This document shows, in pieces, positions 25,531-34,969 of a DNA stretch of 39,056 bases; within the stretch, counting starts at the first letter, position 1, and every line of letters starts with the position of its first letter. The notes under the pieces are model-generated. The model worked only from the letters and a program-made list of their open reading frames with translations, ran no database searches and was not told where the DNA came from. A program made the translations under genes and the position numbers. Source of the DNA: an uncultured Bacilli bacterium (GTDB lineage: Bacteria > Bacillota_I > Bacilli_A > RF39 > UBA660); assembly GCA_947598345.1 (NCBI GenBank), contig CANQFF010000002.1, positions 1 to 39,056 on the forward strand. The letters run 5' to 3'.

Positions 25531-25875
25531 ATGAAGGATTTATTATTATATTTAATTACTTTTATTATATCTTATTTATTTTATTTTATTTTTGTTCTAA
25601 GTAGAAAAAATATTTTAAAAAAATTTCCTGAAGGTAAAGAAATGCAATATTTAAAATATAGATATAAAGTAAAAATAACAGATAAAAATTTAAAAAAAAT
25701 AGCAAACAAGGTATGCTTAGCAAATTCCTTCATTTTATCTACAACAGTATATGTCGTTTGTTTATTTGATAAACTGATTATAGAAATATCAGTAGGTTTA
25801 ATAACACTTCTAGTCTTAGTTTTAGTAATATATCATTTAATAGGTACTTATTATGGTGAAAGAGGAGGTAAATAG
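25531..25875 (+). CDS. Small (114 aa) hypothetical membrane protein, about 3 TM segments, first cistron behind the Leu T-box
   Basis: AGGAGA SD 6 nt upstream of the ATG, directly after the T-box terminator. Hydrophobic segments at residues 4-24, 62-79 and 83-104. The stop TAG at 25873-25875 is 1 nt before the leuS ATG. Confidence 0.55.
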   Translation: MKDLLLYLITFIISYLFYFIFVLSRKNILKKFPEGKEMQYLKYRYKVKITDKNLKKIANKVCLANSFILSTTVYVVCLFDKLIIEISVGLITLLVLVLVIYHLIGTYYGERGGK

Positions 25876-25876
25876 T

Positions 25877-28294
25877 ATGTATAATTTTGAAAAAATAGAA
25901 AAAAAATGGCAAAAATATTGGGAAACTTCTCAAGTTTTTAAAGCTGAAAATGGTAGTGAAAAACCACCATATTACATTTTAGTTGAATTTCCATATCCAT
26001 CAGGTTCAGGATTACATGTAGGACATGTAAGAAGTTATGCAGCTCAAGATGCAATAGCTCGTATGAAAAGAATGCAAGGTTACAATGTTCTTTATCCAAT
26101 GGGATGGGATGCTTTTGGTTCACCTGCAGAACAATATGCTATCAAAAATCATATTCATCCAAAAGATGCTGTTCGTGAAAATATTAAAACTTTTAAATCT
26201 CAAATGCAATCTTTAGGTTTTTCATTTGATTGGAGTCGTGAATTTTCTACAACTGATCCAGAGTATTATAAATGGACTCAGTGGCAATTTTTACAATTTT
26301 ACAAAAATGGAATGGCATATAAGGATAAAGTAAAAGTCAATTGGTGTCCAAATTGTAAAGTTGTATTATCTAATGAGGACGCAGCTGGAGGAGTATGTGA
26401 AAGATGCGGTTCTCCTGTTATTCAAAAAGAAAAATCTCAATGGATGCTTAGAATGAGTAATTATGCAGAAGATTTGTTAAAAGGATTGGATGATACTAAT
26501 TTTGCCGACAAAATAAAATTAGGTCAAATTAATTGGATTGGTAAATCAACAGGTGTAGAAGTAGACATAGATATAAAAGATGGTGGTAAGTTTTCTATAT
26601 TTACAACTTGTATTGAAACTATATATGGTATTACATTCTTTTGTATAGCGCCAGATGGTAAGCTTATAAAGGAGCTTATGCCTAGGGTTCAAAACAAAGA
26701 TGAAGTAAATGCTTATATAGAAGAAACTTTGAAAAAATCAAGTATGGACAGAACTGAACTTAATAAAGGCAAAAGTGGTGTAGAAGTAAAAGGTGTTAAA
26801 GCTATAAATCCAGTAAATGGTAAAGAAGTTCCAATATTTTTAGGAGATTTTGTACTTGGTGATTATGGTACTGGTGCAGTTATGGCAGTTCCAGCTCACG
26901 ATCAAAGAGATTTTGAGTATGCACAGGCTCATAATCTAGATGTAATTGAAGTTATAACTGGTGGTAATATTAAGGAAAAAGCATATGAAAAATATGACTA
27001 TTTAGAAAACCCAGATTCTGTTTTAATTAATTCTTGTGAATTTAGTGGTTTAAAAGTAAGTGATGCTAAGGAAGCTATAACTAAGATGTTAGAGAAAAAA
27101 GGAATAGCTAGAAGAGTTAATAATTATAAAATGAGGGATTGGATTTTCTCAAGGCAAAGATTCTGGGGTGAGCCAATTCCAATGATCAAATGTGAAAAAT
27201 GTGGTTGGGTGCCAATGAATGAAGAGGATTTGCCTTTACTTTTACCAGATGTTACAGAATATGAACCAACTGATAATGGTGAAAGCCCACTTGCTAAAAT
27301 TACAGATTGGGTAAATACAACTTGTCCTAAATGTGGTGGCCCTGCTAAAAGAGAAACAGATACAATGCCAAACTGGGCAGGTTCATCTTGGTATTTCTTA
27401 AGATTTATGGATCCTCACAATGATAAAGAATTTGCAAGCATGGATGCGATGAAATATTGGGGTAAAGTAAATTGGTACAACGGTGGTATGGAACATGTAG
27501 CTAGACATTTGCTTTATGCTAGATTTTGGGTTCAATTTCTATATAATATAGGCCTTGTTCCAAATAAAGAAATGATATGGACTCGTGTTAGTCACGGTAT
27601 GATATTAGGACCAAATGGAGAAAAAATGAGTAAGTCTAAGGGAAATGTAGTAAATCCTGATGATATTATAAAAGAGTTTGGAAGTGATGCACTTCGTACA
27701 TATGAAATGTTTATTGGTGATTATGAAAAAGATGCAGCTTGGTCTTTAAATGGTCTTAAAGGTTGTAAAAAATTCCTAGATAGAATATATAGACTAGGTG
27801 AAAAGTTAATTAAATCAGATGAGTATTCTAAAGAAACAGAAATTCTTATGAATCAAACAATAAAGAAAGTGACTTTAGATTTAGATAGTATAAAATATAA
27901 TACGGCTATTTCTGCTATTATGATATTATTGAATGAATTAGAAAAATTAGATAATATTACAACAAAAGATTATAGAACAATTCTTCAACTATTAAATCCA
28001 ATTGCGCCTCACATAACAGAAGAATTAAACGAAATGTATGAATTAGGTGATAAATTCTGTAATTCAACTTGGTTAGAGTATGATGAAAATAAACTAGAAA
28101 ATATAACATTTACTATGGTTGTTCAAGTTAATGGAAAAGTAAGAGGTAAAATAGATGTAAGTTCATCTACCACTGAAGATGAAATGAAAAAACTTGCATT
28201 AACTATAGAAAATGTAAAAAATTTCACTAATGGTAAAGAAATTGCTAAAGTAATTGTTATACCAAAAAAATTGGTTAATATAGTAGTAAAATAA
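25877..28294 (+). CDS. leuS: Leucyl-tRNA synthetase
   Basis: HIGH motif (SGSGLHVGH), KMSKS present verbatim, CP1/editing region and zinc-type Cys pairs (CPNCK...CERCG). The AGAGGAGGT SD favours the ATG at 25877 (MYNFEKIEKKWQ) over the ORF opening at 25853. Confidence 0.97.
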   Translation: MYNFEKIEKKWQKYWETSQVFKAENGSEKPPYYILVEFPYPSGSGLHVGHVRSYAAQDAIARMKRMQGYNVLYPMGWDAFGSPAEQYAIKNHIHPKDAVRENIKTFKSQMQSLGFSFDWSREFSTTDPEYYKWTQWQFLQFYKNGMAYKDKVKVNWCPNCKVVLSNEDAAGGVCERCGSPVIQKEKSQWMLRMSNYAEDLLKGLDDTNFADKIKLGQINWIGKSTGVEVDIDIKDGGKFSIFTTCIETIYGITFFCIAPDGKLIKELMPRVQNKDEVNAYIEETLKKSSMDRTELNKGKSGVEVKGVKAINPVNGKEVPIFLGDFVLGDYGTGAVMAVPAHDQRDFEYAQAHNLDVIEVITGGNIKEKAYEKYDYLENPDSVLINSCEFSGLKVSDAKEAITKMLEKKGIARRVNNYKMRDWIFSRQRFWGEPIPMIKCEKCGWVPMNEEDLPLLLPDVTEYEPTDNGESPLAKITDWVNTTCPKCGGPAKRETDTMPNWAGSSWYFLRFMDPHNDKEFASMDAMKYWGKVNWYNGGMEHVARHLLYARFWVQFLYNIGLVPNKEMIWTRVSHGMILGPNGEKMSKSKGNVVNPDDIIKEFGSDALRTYEMFIGDYEKDAAWSLNGLKGCKKFLDRIYRLGEKLIKSDEYSKETEILMNQTIKKVTLDLDSIKYNTAISAIMILLNELEKLDNITTKDYRTILQLLNPIAPHITEELNEMYELGDKFCNSTWLEYDENKLENITFTMVVQVNGKVRGKIDVSSSTTEDEMKKLALTIENVKNFTNGKEIAKVIVIPKKLVNIVVK

Positions 28295-28301
28295 TAATAT
28301 A

Positions 28302-28330
28302 AATTGTGCTGATTTCGGCGCAATTTTTTT
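28302..28330 (+). terminator. Rho-independent terminator after leuS
   Basis: AATTGTGC (28302-28309) / GCGCAATT (28318-28325, one G-U pair) followed by TTTTTTT. Confidence 0.65.
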
Positions 28331-28352
28331 AGTATAAAAAACACTAATTTTA

Positions 28353-28381
28353 TTGACATTTATATTTCATTTAACTATAAT
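28353..28381 (+). promoter_or_regulatory. Consensus sigma-A promoter TTGACA-17-TATAAT upstream of lon
   Basis: TTGACA at 28353-28358, an exact 17-nt spacer, then TATAAT at 28376-28381. Confidence 0.6.
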
Positions 28382-28409
28382 AGAAATCAGTATTTGAGGG
28401 AGGTGCAAC

Positions 28410-30716
28410 TTGAAATTAAATTTACCAGTTATAATATTAAATAGCACAGTCCTTATGCCTGAATCTATAATAAGATTTGAATTTGACGATGAAATAAGTA
28501 AGAATGTTATAGATGAATCAGAATTATTTCACGATAATAAATTATTTGTCGTAACTAATTTTTCTATAGATCAAAATATAAATATAAATGAATTACCTAG
28601 TATTGGTACCATTGCAAAAATAACTAGTAAATTGCAACTTCCAAATGGTAAAACTAGAGTTGTTTTAAAGGGAATTGAAAGAGCTATTGTTCTTTCATAT
28701 CTTGATATCGATAAAGATTCTATTGAATCTATTCTATCAACAATTCCTAATCAAGAAATAGATGAAAATACAAAAAATGCTTTTATTAGAAAACTTTATT
28801 CAGAACTGGATGATTACATAAAAAAAGTTCCTTATATGAGTGATAGTTTTTTATCAAGCATTTCAGAAGAAAGTAATTTAAGTAAGATAACAGATGTTAT
28901 AGCTAATAATTTATCTTTAGATAATGAAAAAATTATGTCATATTTGATAGAGACTAATGCTATGAAAAGAGTAGAAATGCTTCTTGAAGATATGTATAAG
29001 GGATTACAATTATTTAATATTGAAAGTAATCTTGAAGGTAGAGTAAAAAAAGAATTAGATGAGGAACAAAAAAATCTTTATTTAAAAGAAAAAATAAGGC
29101 TATTAAAACAAGAATTAGGTGAATTATCACCAAAACAAGAAGAAATAGAACAATTAAAAGAAAAAGTAGAAAAAATTAATGCGAGTGAAGATATAAAAAA
29201 TAAAATTTTATATGAAATCGATAGATATGAAAAAATGTCAGACTTTGCTCCAGAGATGAATAGTGTTAAAAGTTATATCGATTATATGTTAGACTTACCT
29301 TGGCAAATTTATACAACAGATATCGATGATTTAAATCAAGTTAAGGATAGTCTTGATAAAACCCATTATGGCTTAGATGATGTAAAGTATAGGATAATAG
29401 AATATTTAGCTGTCAAAAAATTGTCAAATAATGTAAACGCACCAATTTTATGTTTAGTTGGCCCATCAGGCGTAGGTAAAACTACACTTGCTCATTCAAT
29501 TGCAAAAAGCATAGGTAGAAATTTTGTTAAAATATCTATGGGTGGTGTTGATGATGAAGCTTTTATTAAAGGTCATACTAGGACATATTTAGGATCCGCA
29601 CCTGGTAAAATAATAGATGGTATAAAAAGGGCCAAAAGCTCTAATCCTCTTTTTTTGATAGATGAAATTGATAAAATGTCAAATAATTATAAGGGAGATC
29701 CTATGAGTGCTTTACTTGATGTATTTGATAGTACACAAAACAAGTATTTTAAGGATAATTATATAGAAGAGGAATACGATTTATCTAAAGTTTTATTTAT
29801 TACAACAGCAAACGATATAAATTTAATTCCAAATGCCTTAAAAGACAGATTAGAAATTATAAATATAAATGGTTATACTGAATTAGAAAAACTATCTATA
29901 GCTAAAAAGTATTTAATACCAACAATCTCTAATGATTATAATATAAAAAATATAAAAATAAGTGATGATGATATATTAGAAATAATTAGATTTTACACAA
30001 AGGAATCCGGTGTAAGAGAATTGGAGCGTCTATTATTAAAAATAATAAGAAAAATTATAACTGATAAGATTATGTCTAATCAAAAATTAAATATAACTAT
30101 TAAAAATATAAAAAATTATTTAGGAAAAAGGATATATGAAAACGAAGTCATATCAGGTGAGATTGGTCTTGTAAATGGTCTTGCTTATACTAATTTTGGT
30201 GGAGATATTGTACCTATAGAAGCTAATTATTATGACGGATCGGGTAATTTAACATTTACTGGATCAATGGGTGATATGATGCTTGAAAGTGCAAAAGTAG
30301 CACTTAGTTATATAAAATCAAATTATAAAAAATTTAATATTGATTATGAACTATTTAAAAGGGATATTCATATTAATATTCCAAACATTGCAATAAAAAA
30401 AGAAGGACCTAGTGCTGGTGTGGCGATAACAACTTGTCTTATAAGTACACTTTCGAATCTAAAAGTTAGTAATAAAATTGCAATGACTGGAGAAATAACT
30501 TTGAGAGGAAATATTTTAGGTGTTGGTGGTATAAAGGAAAAGATAATCGGTGCATATATAAATAATATTGAAACAATATTTATACCATATTCAAATATTG
30601 GAGATTTAGACGATATACCTGACGAAATAAAAGATAAAATAACATTTATACCTGTAAAAAAGTATGATGAAATATATGAAGTATTGAGAAGGGATAGTGA
30701 GATACAGTGGAATTAA
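28410..30716 (+). CDS. lon: ATP-dependent Lon protease (LonA type, with N-terminal LON domain)
   Basis: TTG start after GGGAGGTG. Walker A GPSGVGKTT, Walker B LFLIDEIDK, catalytic Ser in KEGPSAGVA and catalytic Lys in GGIKEK. Confidence 0.93.
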   Translation: MKLNLPVIILNSTVLMPESIIRFEFDDEISKNVIDESELFHDNKLFVVTNFSIDQNININELPSIGTIAKITSKLQLPNGKTRVVLKGIERAIVLSYLDIDKDSIESILSTIPNQEIDENTKNAFIRKLYSELDDYIKKVPYMSDSFLSSISEESNLSKITDVIANNLSLDNEKIMSYLIETNAMKRVEMLLEDMYKGLQLFNIESNLEGRVKKELDEEQKNLYLKEKIRLLKQELGELSPKQEEIEQLKEKVEKINASEDIKNKILYEIDRYEKMSDFAPEMNSVKSYIDYMLDLPWQIYTTDIDDLNQVKDSLDKTHYGLDDVKYRIIEYLAVKKLSNNVNAPILCLVGPSGVGKTTLAHSIAKSIGRNFVKISMGGVDDEAFIKGHTRTYLGSAPGKIIDGIKRAKSSNPLFLIDEIDKMSNNYKGDPMSALLDVFDSTQNKYFKDNYIEEEYDLSKVLFITTANDINLIPNALKDRLEIININGYTELEKLSIAKKYLIPTISNDYNIKNIKISDDDILEIIRFYTKESGVRELERLLLKIIRKIITDKIMSNQKLNITIKNIKNYLGKRIYENEVISGEIGLVNGLAYTNFGGDIVPIEANYYDGSGNLTFTGSMGDMMLESAKVALSYIKSNYKKFNIDYELFKRDIHINIPNIAIKKEGPSAGVAITTCLISTLSNLKVSNKIAMTGEITLRGNILGVGGIKEKIIGAYINNIETIFIPYSNIGDLDDIPDEIKDKITFIPVKKYDEIYEVLRRDSEIQWN

Positions 30717-31378
30717 AAGATTCAGATTATGTATTTTATAAATTAATAAATTCTGTAATATTTAATGTTAAACAAGAATTATATTCTAGAAAAAATAATA
30801 AATTTCTGTATGGCTTAAATAGTTTAAAATGTCTTAAGAATATAATGCATTATTATGCTGATAATAATTTGTTAACTGATTTAATTGTGAAAAATGTATA
30901 TGACTATTTATCAGAAGCGCGTGAGTTTAAAGATGAACATTATGATGAAAGAGTAAATATAATAAACGATATAATCGTATTATTAAACTCATGTGATATA
31001 AAAGATGATAATAAAATTTACCATGAAGAGTATGTCAAAAGAGGTTCAATAGATAGTGTTATATATAAATATTCGTCTTATGATGAAGAAAGTATTGCTG
31101 ATTCTATAGCTTTTGATTGCCTTGTTTTAATTAGTCATAGTAAACAAACATCTAATGAAAAATTTAAAAAAAGTTATTTACCATTTCTTATAGGAAAAAT
31201 AGAATATTATCAGAGTTTAAGTGCTATATATAAAGAACATCCACAAATATTTATGGATGAGTTATTTCAAGATAGAATGATATATGTTCTAAGAAAAAAT
31301 GATGTTATTAGTTACAGTGATTATAGATTTAATAAAGGAATAGTTAAGAAAATTGATAAAAAGATTAGAAATATTTAG
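30707..31378 (+). CDS. Hypothetical protein (223 aa), no motif recognised
   Basis: The ORF starts at GTG 30707 and overlaps the lon stop by 10 nt, with only a moderate SD (AAGGGA about 12 nt upstream). Composition suggests a soluble, probably helical protein. Confidence 0.5.
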   Translation: MELKDSDYVFYKLINSVIFNVKQELYSRKNNKFLYGLNSLKCLKNIMHYYADNNLLTDLIVKNVYDYLSEAREFKDEHYDERVNIINDIIVLLNSCDIKDDNKIYHEEYVKRGSIDSVIYKYSSYDEESIADSIAFDCLVLISHSKQTSNEKFKKSYLPFLIGKIEYYQSLSAIYKEHPQIFMDELFQDRMIYVLRKNDVISYSDYRFNKGIVKKIDKKIRNI

Positions 31379-31444
31379 AAAAGTATTGAACAATGCTTTT
31401 TTTTTATTTTCATTTAAGGTATAATTATAATAATAGGTGATGTT

Positions 31445-33220
31445 ATGTTAGGTAAGATAATTGGAATCCAAGATAATATAGTTTTATTAGATTTAAGTAT
31501 TAATTTAGCTGAAATGCAAAATATTATAAATTTATATGTAATATTAGAGGATAGTCATAGAAAATTCATTGGAGAAATAACTGATGTTAAAAATAATATT
31601 GCTTACATAAATTTATTAGGTGAATTTAATAATGATAAATTCATTTTTGGAATATCTAAAAAACCATCTTTTCAGGCAACTTCAAGATTAATTTCTAAGG
31701 ATAAGATAAATTATATAATAGGAATGCCAAGCTATAATGAAAAATTAGATCTTTTAATTGGTAAAAGTCCAATATACGAAGATATAGATATTGGTGTTAA
31801 CATAAATTCGTTTTTTAGCAATCATTTTGCTATATTTGGATCTACAGGAAGTGGTAAATCTTGTTGTGTAGCTAGAATACTTCAAAATTTATTTGAAAAA
31901 AGAAATTCAATTGCTTATAAGGCCAGTATAGTTATTTTTGATGCTTATGGAGAATATCAAAGTGCTTTTGCAGATTTACATAAAAAAGTACCTGAAATTA
32001 ATTTTAAGATGTATACGACTAACATAGATGATGAGTCAGTTCAAAATATAAAAATACCTTTATGGTTATTTACAGTTGATGATATAGCATTATTGTTGGA
32101 AGCAGAAAGTAGAACACAGTTACCTATAATTGAAAAAGCAATGAAATTAGTTACAATATTTGCAAGAGATGAAAGGGAAGTAATTAAGAGTAAAAATGAC
32201 ATTATTGCTCGTGCACTTCTTGATATATTAGCAAGTGGCAAGGCTCCTGCTCAAATAAGGGATCAAATATTCTCAATTTTAACACATTATAATACAAAAG
32301 ATTTAAATTTAGATACTCCAATATATCAACCAGGGTATACGAGACCATTAAAACAATGTTTGTTAATAGATAGTACTGGAAAAATTCGAGAAATGGAGCT
32401 TTTAACTACATTTATAAGTCAATTTTTAACTGATGAAGTTAATTTAAGTCTACCAGATGGAAGTTTTAAGTATACTCTTAAAGATTTATATGATGCTTTT
32501 GAATTTGCGCTAATTTCTGAAGGAATTTTAAGTAGTGATAAGGTATATGATGATTATAATGTTCTAAAGGTAAGACTAAGAGGAATTATAAATAGTAATT
32601 ATTCTAAGTTTTTTGATATCGATAAATATTGTTCTAAAGAAGAATTTATTAAAGAAATACTTACTATAGAAAATGGTAGGAAGGCTCAAATTATAAATTT
32701 TAATATAAATTATATAGATGATAGATTTGCAAAAACATTGACTAAAATATATTCTAGAATATTTTTTGAGTACTCAAAGAGTTTAAGAAAAAGAGCTAGT
32801 GTACCTATACATATAATTTTAGAAGAAGCCCATAGATATGTACAAAATGATTCTGATATAAATGTTATAGGATATAATATATTTGATAGAATAACAAAAG
32901 AAGGTAGAAAATATGGTATTTTACTTGGCTTAATTTCACAAAGACCTTCAGAGCTATCTACTACTGCACTTTCACAATGTAGCAATTTCTTAGTATTTAA
33001 ATTATTGCATCCGTCTGATGTAGAATATGTAAGTCAAATGGTTCCTAATATAACAAATGAAATAACAAAAAAAGTTAAATTTTTACAGCCTGGTACCTGC
33101 ATAGCATTCGGCTCTGGTTTTAAAATTCCTTCTTTAATAAAACTTGAAATGCCATCTCCGACACCTTCAAGTAGTAGTTGTGATATAAGCGGTATTTGGT
33201 TTGTAGATAGAAATAACTGA
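31445..33220 (+). CDS. HerA/FtsK-superfamily ATPase (DUF87/COG0433-like)
   Basis: N-terminal barrel-like region (GKIIGIQDNIVLLDL...GEITDV), Walker A GSTGSGKS, Walker B HIILEEAHRY, and GRKYGILLGLISQRPSELSTTALSQCSNFLVFKL. AGGTGA SD. Confidence 0.8.
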   Translation: MLGKIIGIQDNIVLLDLSINLAEMQNIINLYVILEDSHRKFIGEITDVKNNIAYINLLGEFNNDKFIFGISKKPSFQATSRLISKDKINYIIGMPSYNEKLDLLIGKSPIYEDIDIGVNINSFFSNHFAIFGSTGSGKSCCVARILQNLFEKRNSIAYKASIVIFDAYGEYQSAFADLHKKVPEINFKMYTTNIDDESVQNIKIPLWLFTVDDIALLLEAESRTQLPIIEKAMKLVTIFARDEREVIKSKNDIIARALLDILASGKAPAQIRDQIFSILTHYNTKDLNLDTPIYQPGYTRPLKQCLLIDSTGKIREMELLTTFISQFLTDEVNLSLPDGSFKYTLKDLYDAFEFALISEGILSSDKVYDDYNVLKVRLRGIINSNYSKFFDIDKYCSKEEFIKEILTIENGRKAQIINFNINYIDDRFAKTLTKIYSRIFFEYSKSLRKRASVPIHIILEEAHRYVQNDSDINVIGYNIFDRITKEGRKYGILLGLISQRPSELSTTALSQCSNFLVFKLLHPSDVEYVSQMVPNITNEITKKVKFLQPGTCIAFGSGFKIPSLIKLEMPSPTPSSSSCDISGIWFVDRNN

Positions 33221-33247
33221 TATTAACTATAAATATCAGTTTTTACT
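33217..33247 (+). terminator. Rho-independent terminator
   Basis: CTGATATT (33217-33224) / AATATCAG (33232-33239) followed by TTTTTACTTTT. It overlaps the stop codon. Confidence 0.7.
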
Positions 33248-33312
33248 TTTGTATATTAAAAATTTTCATATTTATAAATTTTTTTCATAACATTTATTGA
33301 TAGGAGATGTTT

Positions 33313-34080
33313 ATGAAAAATATAATACCTTTTAAAAAAGATGTAATTTTTAAAACTAATTTAAGTGAAATTACTAGTATTTCATTAGAAAATACTTTGA
33401 ACCTTGTAAATGATACAATATCTGGTGATTTTATTGTTAGTGGTGAATATAAAGTTAGTGATAAAAGTACTACAGTAGAACCTTTTGAGTTAACTATTCC
33501 TTTTGAAATAGTTATAGATGATAGATATGATACTCAAAAAGCTGTAATAGATATAGATGATTTTTATTATGAAATTGTTAATAATAATGTACTTTCAATT
33601 TGTATAGATGTGTTAGTTGATAAACTGCAAGAAAAACCTTTGATAGATATAGAAGATTTAAAGGATGAAAATATTGAAAGAGAAGTATTAGATTGTGAGG
33701 ATGAAGATGAAACTGATTCTATGGTTGAACAAAAGGTAGTAAGTGATGATGTTATAACTGAAAATAATGTACAAGAACAATTAAATAAGAATAAAGAAGA
33801 GGAAATTAATATAAAAAAGGAAACTTTAAAAGAAGAGGATATAAGAGATAAAGAATCTGAAATAGTTGAAGAAAAAATCAATTCTTTATTTAATCAATTC
33901 TCTAGTGATAGTGAGGTATATGTTACATATAATGTATTTATATTAAGAGATGGTGATTCTATTGAAAGTATAATGGAAAAATACAATGTAACAGAAGAAG
34001 AATTAAAAAAATATAACGATTTAAGTAATTTACAATTAGGTGATAAAATAATAATACCAAATTCATATGAAAGAGATTAG
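33313..34080 (+). CDS. SpoVID/SipL-like spore-coat morphogenetic protein: N-terminal SPOCS-like region, acidic linker, C-terminal LysM
   Basis: The C-terminus YNVFILRDGDSIESIMEKYNVTEEELKKYNDLSNLQLGDKIIIP is a LysM domain. The N-terminus IPFKKDVIFKTNLSEITSISLE resembles the SpoVID N-terminal domain, and the middle is Glu/Asp-rich. The ATG at 33313 is better spaced from AGGAG than the ATG at 33307. Confidence 0.6.
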   Translation: MKNIIPFKKDVIFKTNLSEITSISLENTLNLVNDTISGDFIVSGEYKVSDKSTTVEPFELTIPFEIVIDDRYDTQKAVIDIDDFYYEIVNNNVLSICIDVLVDKLQEKPLIDIEDLKDENIEREVLDCEDEDETDSMVEQKVVSDDVITENNVQEQLNKNKEEEINIKKETLKEEDIRDKESEIVEEKINSLFNQFSSDSEVYVTYNVFILRDGDSIESIMEKYNVTEEELKKYNDLSNLQLGDKIIIPNSYERD

Positions 34081-34966
34081 TGATTTATTAAAAGATTGTG
34101 ATATAAGAGCAATAGGATATGAAAAAAAAGGTAATGTAATATTAGCTGACACTAACATAGGTAAACTAGCAATTAAAAAAAATAGAAATAAAGATTATAT
34201 ATTTAATTATCTGAAAACTAGAAACTTTAATTACTATCCTGAAATAATAAGTAATGAGCAATATGTGGTTTCTAAATATGTTGATGATATAGATATACCT
34301 GAGGAACAAAAAATAGAAGATTTAATTGATTTAGTTTCTCTTTTACACAGTAAAACAACACATTATAAAGAAACTAGTGAAGATGAGTATAAAAGAATAT
34401 ATGAAGATTTATCAAATAATTTTGAATACTTATACGAATATTATACGGATATAATATCTATAATAGATGATAAAGTTTTTATGAGTCCAAGTGAATATCT
34501 TTTAGCTAGAAATATTAGTTTTATATTTAAATCAATAGAATTAGGTAGAAATTATATTGAAAGATGGCTTGATGAGATTAATGGATTAACGAAGATGAGA
34601 CTAACAATAGTACATAACAATCTTGATTTGTCTCATTATATAAAAAATAATAAGGATTTTTTGATAAGTTGGGATAAAGCAAAAGTAGATATACCTATAT
34701 TTGATTTATACAATTTATATAATAATCATTTTATGGATTTTGATTTTTTTGAACTTTTAAAAAGATATGAGAAAGTTTATCCTTTAAAAAAATACGAATT
34801 AGGTTTATTATTTATACTAATTACTATGCCAGGAAAAATAGAATTTAACGATAGTGAATTTAATATGTGTATTAAAATAAGTAACGAAATAGATAAACTT
34901 TATAAAAGTAATTCTATTATAGAAGAATATCAAAAATTTTCTAAAGTAAGAGTTGACGAAAGTTGA
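34067..34966 (+). CDS. CotS/YsxE-like spore-coat protein, aminoglycoside-phosphotransferase/choline-kinase fold
   Basis: Kinase-fold layout: N-lobe GKLAIKK, LLHS, catalytic-loop region IVHNNLDLSHYI, and ISWDKAKVDIPIFDLYNLY (IDWE..DL-type motif). It overlaps the upstream gene by 14 nt. Confidence 0.55.
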   Translation: MKEISDLLKDCDIRAIGYEKKGNVILADTNIGKLAIKKNRNKDYIFNYLKTRNFNYYPEIISNEQYVVSKYVDDIDIPEEQKIEDLIDLVSLLHSKTTHYKETSEDEYKRIYEDLSNNFEYLYEYYTDIISIIDDKVFMSPSEYLLARNISFIFKSIELGRNYIERWLDEINGLTKMRLTIVHNNLDLSHYIKNNKDFLISWDKAKVDIPIFDLYNLYNNHFMDFDFFELLKRYEKVYPLKKYELGLLFILITMPGKIEFNDSEFNMCIKISNEIDKLYKSNSIIEEYQKFSKVRVDES

Positions 34967-34969
34967 TTC

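Noticed and set aside
30707-33247. Interpreting the orphan-ORF/HerA pair as part of a mobile defence island
   Set aside because: There is no compositional break, flanking repeat, integrase or neighbouring defence gene. The pair sits between lon and sporulation coat genes. It is kept as a finding about an unexplained HerA module, but the island interpretation is dropped.
33266-33293. Sigma-E-type promoter TCATATT-13-CATAACAT upstream of the SpoVID-like gene
   Set aside because: It is not reported as a feature. The -10 element matches only 6 of 8 positions, the spacer is one nt short, and the element lies almost on top of the SD. Such matches are frequent in AT-rich DNA. It is mentioned only as a hint in the related finding.
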